A stretch of 64,000 nt of DNA from Squalus acanthias (Eukaryota). The notes beneath the pieces were generated by a model. It was not told where the DNA came from, ran no database searches, and worked only from the letters and a program-made list of their open reading frames with translations. Made by a program: the position numbers and the translations under genes. Positions 62,650-64,000 of this stretch are shown here, in pieces (within the stretch, counting starts at the first letter, position 1; each line of letters opens with the position of its first letter). The stretch spans positions 152,274,001 through 152,338,000 of the forward strand of contig CM059431.1 of the NCBI GenBank assembly GCA_030390025.1. Direction: 5' to 3'.

Positions 62650-62715
62650 TCGCGGCTAGCTCAGTCAGTAGAACGGCAGGCTTTTAATCTGAGGTTCCCA
62701 GGGTTAAAACTAGTG
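62650..62715 (+). pseudogene. tRNA-Lys-derived relic
   Basis: gctagctcagtcagtagaac..cttttaatctgaggttcccagggtt. Confidence 0.7.
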
Positions 62716-63000
62716 CTTTAAAAATTAAAATTCTGAATTACCTCTACGGGCAACGCCTTATAACAGGAGTAATTTCTGCTGATCTCACAACGGTGATTGC
62801 TGGAGGTACATTGAGCGGTATTTTTCGAGATGATCAATTCTCACTTTAATGCAGCCCTATGAGACACGAGTATTTCAAGCTGATCTTTCCTGCTGTCTAA
62901 TTAAAACTCATTAATAAATGTTGAACGTCTGTCATCGCACCTGATTTTTCAAAGATAAAACATTTTCTAATATATTCTTCATATGTTTTAAAAATTTTCA

Positions 63001-63975
63001 ATGGATCAGGGAGTCGGATGCAGCATTTCCAAATTTGCAGACGACACTAAACTAGGAGGGGGGGTGGGCTCAGAGGAGGAGACCAGGAAGCTCCAGAGCG
63101 ATTTGGACAGACTGGGTGATTGGGCGGATAAATGGCAGATGCACTATAATGTGGACAAGTGCGAAGTTATCCACCTTGGGTGCAGGAACGGGAGGGCAAA
63201 TTATTATTTAAATGGCAATAAATTGGGAGAGGGGGAAGTACAGAGAGACCTGGGTGTTCTTGTACACCAGTCACTGAAGGCGAGCATGCAGGTGCAGCAG
63301 GCGGTCAAGAAGGCAAACGGTATGCTGGCCTTCATAGCAAAAGGGTTGGAATACAGGAACAGGGATACCTTGCTGCAGCTGTACAGGGCACTTGTGAGAC
63401 CACACCTCGAGTACTGTGTACAGTTTTGGTCGCCTCATCTGAGGAAAGATGTTCTTGCCATGGAGGGGGTGCAGCGGCGATTCACCAGGCTGATACCAGG
63501 AATGGCGGGATTGACCTATGAGGAGAGACTATGTAGTTTAGGGATGTACACACTGGAGTTTAGAAGATTGAGAGGGGACCTCATAGAAGTGTATAAAATT
63601 CTGACAGGTCTAGACAGACTAGATGCAGAAGGAATGTTTCCCTTGGCGGGTGAGAACAGAACTAGAGGACATAATTTAAGGATAAGGGCTAAACCATTTA
63701 GGACAGAAATGAGGGGGAATTTCTTCACTCAGAGGGTGGTGAACCTGTGGAACTCATTGCCACAGAGGGCAGTGTACGCCAGCTCATTAAATATATTTAA
63801 GAGGGAATTAGATATATTTCTACAGGCAAAAGGGGTTAAGGGTTACGGAGAGAAGGCGGGGACGGGATACTGAATTGGAGGATCAGCCATGATCTCATTA
63901 AATGGTGGAGCAGGCTCGAAGGGCCGGATGGCCTACTCCTGCTCCTATCTTCTATGTATCTATGTATCTATGTAT
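63001..63975 (+). mobile_element. Young 5'-truncated CR1 (uninterrupted 290-codon RT C-terminus 63001-63873 + 3' UTR)
   Basis: FADDTKLGG...LVRPHLEYCVQFWSP with no stop or frameshift; 3' UTR hairpin; (TATCTATG)n tail. Confidence 0.95.
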
Positions 63976-64000
63976 ATCAGACTTTTTTTTATAGGTTATT

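Overview
Eukaryotic, repeat-dense DNA, most consistent with a cartilaginous fish (shark): the evidence is CR1 LINEs with short-repeat tails, Deu-domain SINEs and GPR139-like receptors. The window contains three diverged copies of a large cassette: [26-bp satellite -> CCAAT/TATA promoter -> two-exon GPR139-like class A GPCR -> CR1 debris interspersed with decayed tRNA-Lys(UUU) genes]. Copy B (~12.3-31.5 kb) and copy C (~38.7-60.2 kb) are direct repeats and each carries a receptor. Copy A (<1-12.3 kb) is inverted and runs off the left edge. Most ORF-track entries are CR1 fragments or their antisense shadows. Comparing the paralogous cassettes exposes filled and empty insertion sites. Highlights: (1) two independent Penelope-derived hairpin elements carrying hammerhead motifs, inserted at the same base of the satellite unit; (2) a Harbinger-type MITE with an apparent shared target site; (3) both receptors have a TT rather than GT 5' splice site although their ORFs are open; (4) about 15 relic tRNA-Lys genes amplified together with their flanks. 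All alignments were done by eye. Repeat borders are approximate unless a TSD or empty site is cited.
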